Shown here piece by piece: positions 17,341-20,000 of a stretch of DNA of 20,000 bases; position 1 is the stretch's first letter, and the number at the start of each line of letters is the position of its first letter. A model generated the notes under the pieces. That model was not told the DNA's origin, made no database searches, and saw nothing but the letters and a program-made list of their open reading frames with translations. This stretch comes from an uncultured virus (IMG/VR IMGVR_UViG_2791355488_000009) (Duplodnaviria > Heunggongvirae > Uroviricota > Caudoviricetes), in the IMG/VR virus record IMGVR_UViG_2791355488_000009. One strand, 5' to 3'. The translations under genes and the position numbers were made by a program.

Positions 17341-17630
17341 TGTTCCTTGAAAACTGAATAAAGCGATTGAATACATTTTGATAGGGAAAGAGCCGACGGG
17401 CTGACACGCCATGACCTGAAAGGAGGGACAAAACGAGCGATTCATGTCAGTGTTCCGTATGTAGCCTTTGGCAAGGTTGCCGCCATGACTTCCCTATCGT
17501 AATAATGATACTCCCGTACAGCCATAGTCCGAGCGTGAAAAAACCGTCGCAGGCAATGGGTACGGCTGTATGAGAACCATGCAGGGGTGAGATTCCCGTG
17601 AGCTTTGCCAGAGCTGTTCAAGTTGCTTAT
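17341..17630 (+). ncRNA. Structured non-coding region with a boxA-like 5' motif, candidate cis-acting antiterminator RNA
   Basis: Several long helices and a CGCCATGAC direct repeat; lies between orf8 and the recombination genes. Confidence 0.5.
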
Positions 17631-17658
17631 AAATTATCAATGAATGGGAGGGGTGATT

Positions 17659-17805
17659 ATGGATAGAAATTTAATTCGATACAGTATGCAGATTGCCATG
17701 TTAAAACAATTACTCGCCCGAAACATGATTTCCGAAAAGGAATATGAAACCGTAAAGAAACGTCTCATGAGAGATTATAAAGTAGTTTCTGATATAACAG
17801 CTTGA
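17659..17805 (+). CDS. 48 aa SHOCT-like protein upstream of the recombinase, candidate directionality factor
   Basis: SD GGAGG, then MDRNLIRYSMQIAMLKQLLARNMISEKEYETVKKRLMRDYKVVSDITA*; LKQLL...ISEKEY..VKKRL fits a SHOCT-type pattern; below the ORF-track cutoff. Confidence 0.75.
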   Translation: MDRNLIRYSMQIAMLKQLLARNMISEKEYETVKKRLMRDYKVVSDITA

Positions 17806-17808
17806 TTT

Positions 17809-17837
17809 TTGCGATTTTTAGTATTAATATATATACT
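17809..17837 (+). promoter_or_regulatory. Putative sigma-A promoter of the recombinase
   Basis: TTGCGA-N17-TATACT, followed by SD AAGGAGG and ATG 17869. Confidence 0.5.
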
Positions 17838-17868
17838 ATAAAGGGAACACAAAAAGGAGGCGCGTTAT

Positions 17869-19650
17869 ATGCAGGAAGTTGAAGTAATAAAAGCGAAAAA
17901 TGTTTCATCAAAGCAGACACGGGGAAATTTTCTTGAACGGCAGCGTGTGGCGGCATATTGCAGAGTTAGTACAGACAGTGAAGACCAGTTGAACAGCTAT
18001 AAATCACAGAAAGCATACTATACAGATTTAATTAAGAAAAATAAGGAATGGGTTTTTGTTGATATATATGCTGATGAAGCGATTACCGGAACGCAGGTTA
18101 CAAAGCGTGAAGAATTTCAGCGAATGATAAATGATTGTATGAATGGTGATATTGATATGGTCATTACAAAGTCCATTTCCAGATTTGCAAGAAATACGCT
18201 GGATACCTTAAAATATGTCCGTATGTTGAAAGAAAAGAATATTGCAGTTTATTTTGAAGATGAAAAAATCAATACCCTAACAATGGACGGGGAACTGCTT
18301 TTAGTGGTACTTAGCTCCGTAGCACAGCAGGAAGTAGAAAATATCTCTGCGAATGTGAAAAAGGGATTGAAAATGAAGATGAAGCGTGGTGAGCTAGTAG
18401 GCTTTCAAGGTTGTCTGGGGTATGACTATAATAAAGAAGATAAAACCATCACAGTCAATGAAAAAGAAGCTGAAATTGTTCGTTACATATTCAATCGCTA
18501 TATTGAAGGGGCTGGTGGTTCTGTAGTAGGACAGGAATTAGAAAATCTTGGATACGTAACGAAATACGGTAGTTCTACATGGGCACCCTCTACTATTCTT
18601 GGCATTATAAAAAACGAGAAATATAAAGGTGATTTACTGCTTGGGAAGACCTTCACGGTTGACCCAATTTCCAAACGACGATTAGATAATATGGGAGAAG
18701 AAGACCAATTCTATATCCGTGAACATCATGAACCAATTATCAGTGAAGAAGTTTTTGAAAAAGCACAGGAAATCTTGAATCGTAGAAATAAAAACAGAGG
18801 GAAAATCGGTGATGGCAAACGAGAAAAATATAGCCGCAAATACTCTTTTAGCTGTATGCTGGAATGTGGATTTTGTGGCAGCACATTGTCTAGGCGTAAC
18901 TGGCACAGCGGTTCCGAATACAACAAGGTAATCTGGCAATGTGTAGCTGCAACAAAAAAGGGAAAGAAATTTTGTCCTGACAGCAAGGGGATTCCTGAAC
19001 AAGCCATTGAGGAAGCTTTTCTCGAAAGTTACCGTCTGTTATGTGATGATAACAAGGACATATTAGATGAATTTTTGCAAAGAATGGACGATACATTAAG
19101 CAGCAGCACTGTGAATAAGCAGCTATCTAAATTGGATAAAGAAATTGAATCCATTGAAAGAAAGAAAAGTAAACTGGTGGATATGCGGTTGGAAGATACC
19201 ATTGATAAAGTTTCCTATGAAGCGAAGTATTCTTCTTTTACAGAGAAGCAAGAACAATTATTAAAAGATAGAGAGAAGTTACAGGAAACGGCTGCAAATG
19301 AAAAGGATATAAAACGCCGTTTACGGGATTTTAAAAAGACGTTGGAGCAAAACGAAGTCTTATCTGAATTTGACCGCTATGTTTTTGAAAGTATTGTTGA
19401 AAAAGTTATCGTAGGGGGTTATGATGAAGATGGAAATAAAGACCCAGCTCAACTTACTTTTGTATATAAAACTGGATTGAAAAATAACGTAGATGGCAGC
19501 CGATTTAAGCCGAAAAGGAAAAATGCAAGGGGTAAACATAGAACTGCTGAATTGTGTTCCGATGATAAGAACGAGGTTCAGTCTTTGTCTTCCCATAGTA
19601 GTTCCGACACATGTGGAAGCAGTGGCAGTACTAACCTTGAAGTTGTCTAA
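17869..19650 (+). CDS. Large serine recombinase (resolvase, recombinase and Zn-ribbon domains)
   Basis: AAYCRVST catalytic motif, TKSISRFARN, LGYDY, IIKNEKYKGD, HEPIISEEVF, CGFCG Zn ribbon, coiled coil; reads through the right att core. Confidence 0.95.
   Translation: MQEVEVIKAKNVSSKQTRGNFLERQRVAAYCRVSTDSEDQLNSYKSQKAYYTDLIKKNKEWVFVDIYADEAITGTQVTKREEFQRMINDCMNGDIDMVITKSISRFARNTLDTLKYVRMLKEKNIAVYFEDEKINTLTMDGELLLVVLSSVAQQEVENISANVKKGLKMKMKRGELVGFQGCLGYDYNKEDKTITVNEKEAEIVRYIFNRYIEGAGGSVVGQELENLGYVTKYGSSTWAPSTILGIIKNEKYKGDLLLGKTFTVDPISKRRLDNMGEEDQFYIREHHEPIISEEVFEKAQEILNRRNKNRGKIGDGKREKYSRKYSFSCMLECGFCGSTLSRRNWHSGSEYNKVIWQCVAATKKGKKFCPDSKGIPEQAIEEAFLESYRLLCDDNKDILDEFLQRMDDTLSSSTVNKQLSKLDKEIESIERKKSKLVDMRLEDTIDKVSYEAKYSSFTEKQEQLLKDREKLQETAANEKDIKRRLRDFKKTLEQNEVLSEFDRYVFESIVEKVIVGGYDEDGNKDPAQLTFVYKTGLKNNVDGSRFKPKRKNARGKHRTAELCSDDKNEVQSLSSHSSSDTCGSSGSTNLEVV
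19607..19617 (+). repeat. Right att core (ACACATGTGGA)
   Basis: Direct repeat of 489-499 inside the 3' end of the recombinase gene. Confidence 0.8.
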
Positions 19651-19654
19651 CTAA
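19607..19654 (+). pseudogene. rlmD: Displaced 3' end of an rlmD/rumA-like host gene (THVEAVAVLTLKLSN*)
   Basis: aca cat gtg gaa gca gtg gca gta cta acc ttg aag ttg tct aac taa, in a frame different from the recombinase. Confidence 0.7.
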
Positions 19655-20000
19655 AATAAACATCTCTCAGTCAAAATAAACATTACCGATTCAGATCCGG
19701 TTTTCGTGAAAATAAACATTTCCGAATTCTGGGTCTTTTTCATGCCCAGCCCTTGCCCCATCTATGTTTACTCATGTTTCCTTCACTCAACATTCTCGGA
19801 GAACTTTATTTTAAAACAGAAAAAAAGATGAAAAAACAGGCGGAAAAGAGGTGGAAATACGTGCGTTTTTGAACCGAAAAAGTGGAAAAGTGGGGGTCCT
19901 GTCGGTAAACTTTATTTTAACTCGGACGGTGGAATGCGGGTTTGAGGTGGGGGTTTTCGGAGGGGTTAATTATGGTTGTACAGAAGTAATAAGCTTTTGA

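Larger units (their letters stand above)
489..19617 (+). mobile_element. Tn916-family ICE with a large serine recombinase
   Basis: Collinear orf23-22-21-oriT-20-19-18-17-16-15-14-13 module, cargo, orf7/orf8 homologues and a terminal serine recombinase, bounded by ACACATGTAGA (489-499) and ACACATGTGGA (19607-19617). Confidence 0.93.

Noticed and set aside
19840..19960. Scattered GTGG motifs as MraZ-type operator repeats
   Set aside because: Spacing is irregular and the downstream gene is outside the window.
1..20000. CRISPR array, tRNA/rRNA, tet(M), group II intron or IS transposase
   Set aside because: No repeat-spacer periodicity or matching genes seen; orf14 and the other transfer genes are uninterrupted.

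Overview
The window holds an apparently complete ~19.1 kb Tn916-family integrative conjugative element (about 489-19617) from a low-GC Firmicute. It carries the full orf23-orf13 conjugation module (coupling protein, oriT, MOBT relaxase, ArdA, VirB4-like ATPase, peptidoglycan hydrolase), an AT-rich LysR plus DHA2-type MFS cargo where Tn916 has tet(M), orf7/orf8-like regulators, and a large serine recombinase instead of Int/Xis. Both ends share the core ACACATGT(A/G)GA, and each is followed by a short THVE tail resembling the C-terminus of RlmD/RumA, which points to an rlmD 3'-end hotspot. The left flank is the end of an HNH nuclease gene, not rlmD, so this is probably a tandem island array. Most notable: (1) the recombinase ORF crosses the right att core, and joining the ends on excision would swap its last 11 residues for a 57-residue in-frame tail stored at the left end; (2) a ~290 nt structured non-coding region with a boxA-like motif lies before the recombination genes and is a candidate cis-acting antiterminator RNA; (3) two DMFP-encoding relics sit just outside the left end; (4) there is an unlisted 48 aa ORF at the xis position, and no orf9-like repressor. 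Family assignments come from recalled motifs and synteny; no searches were run.
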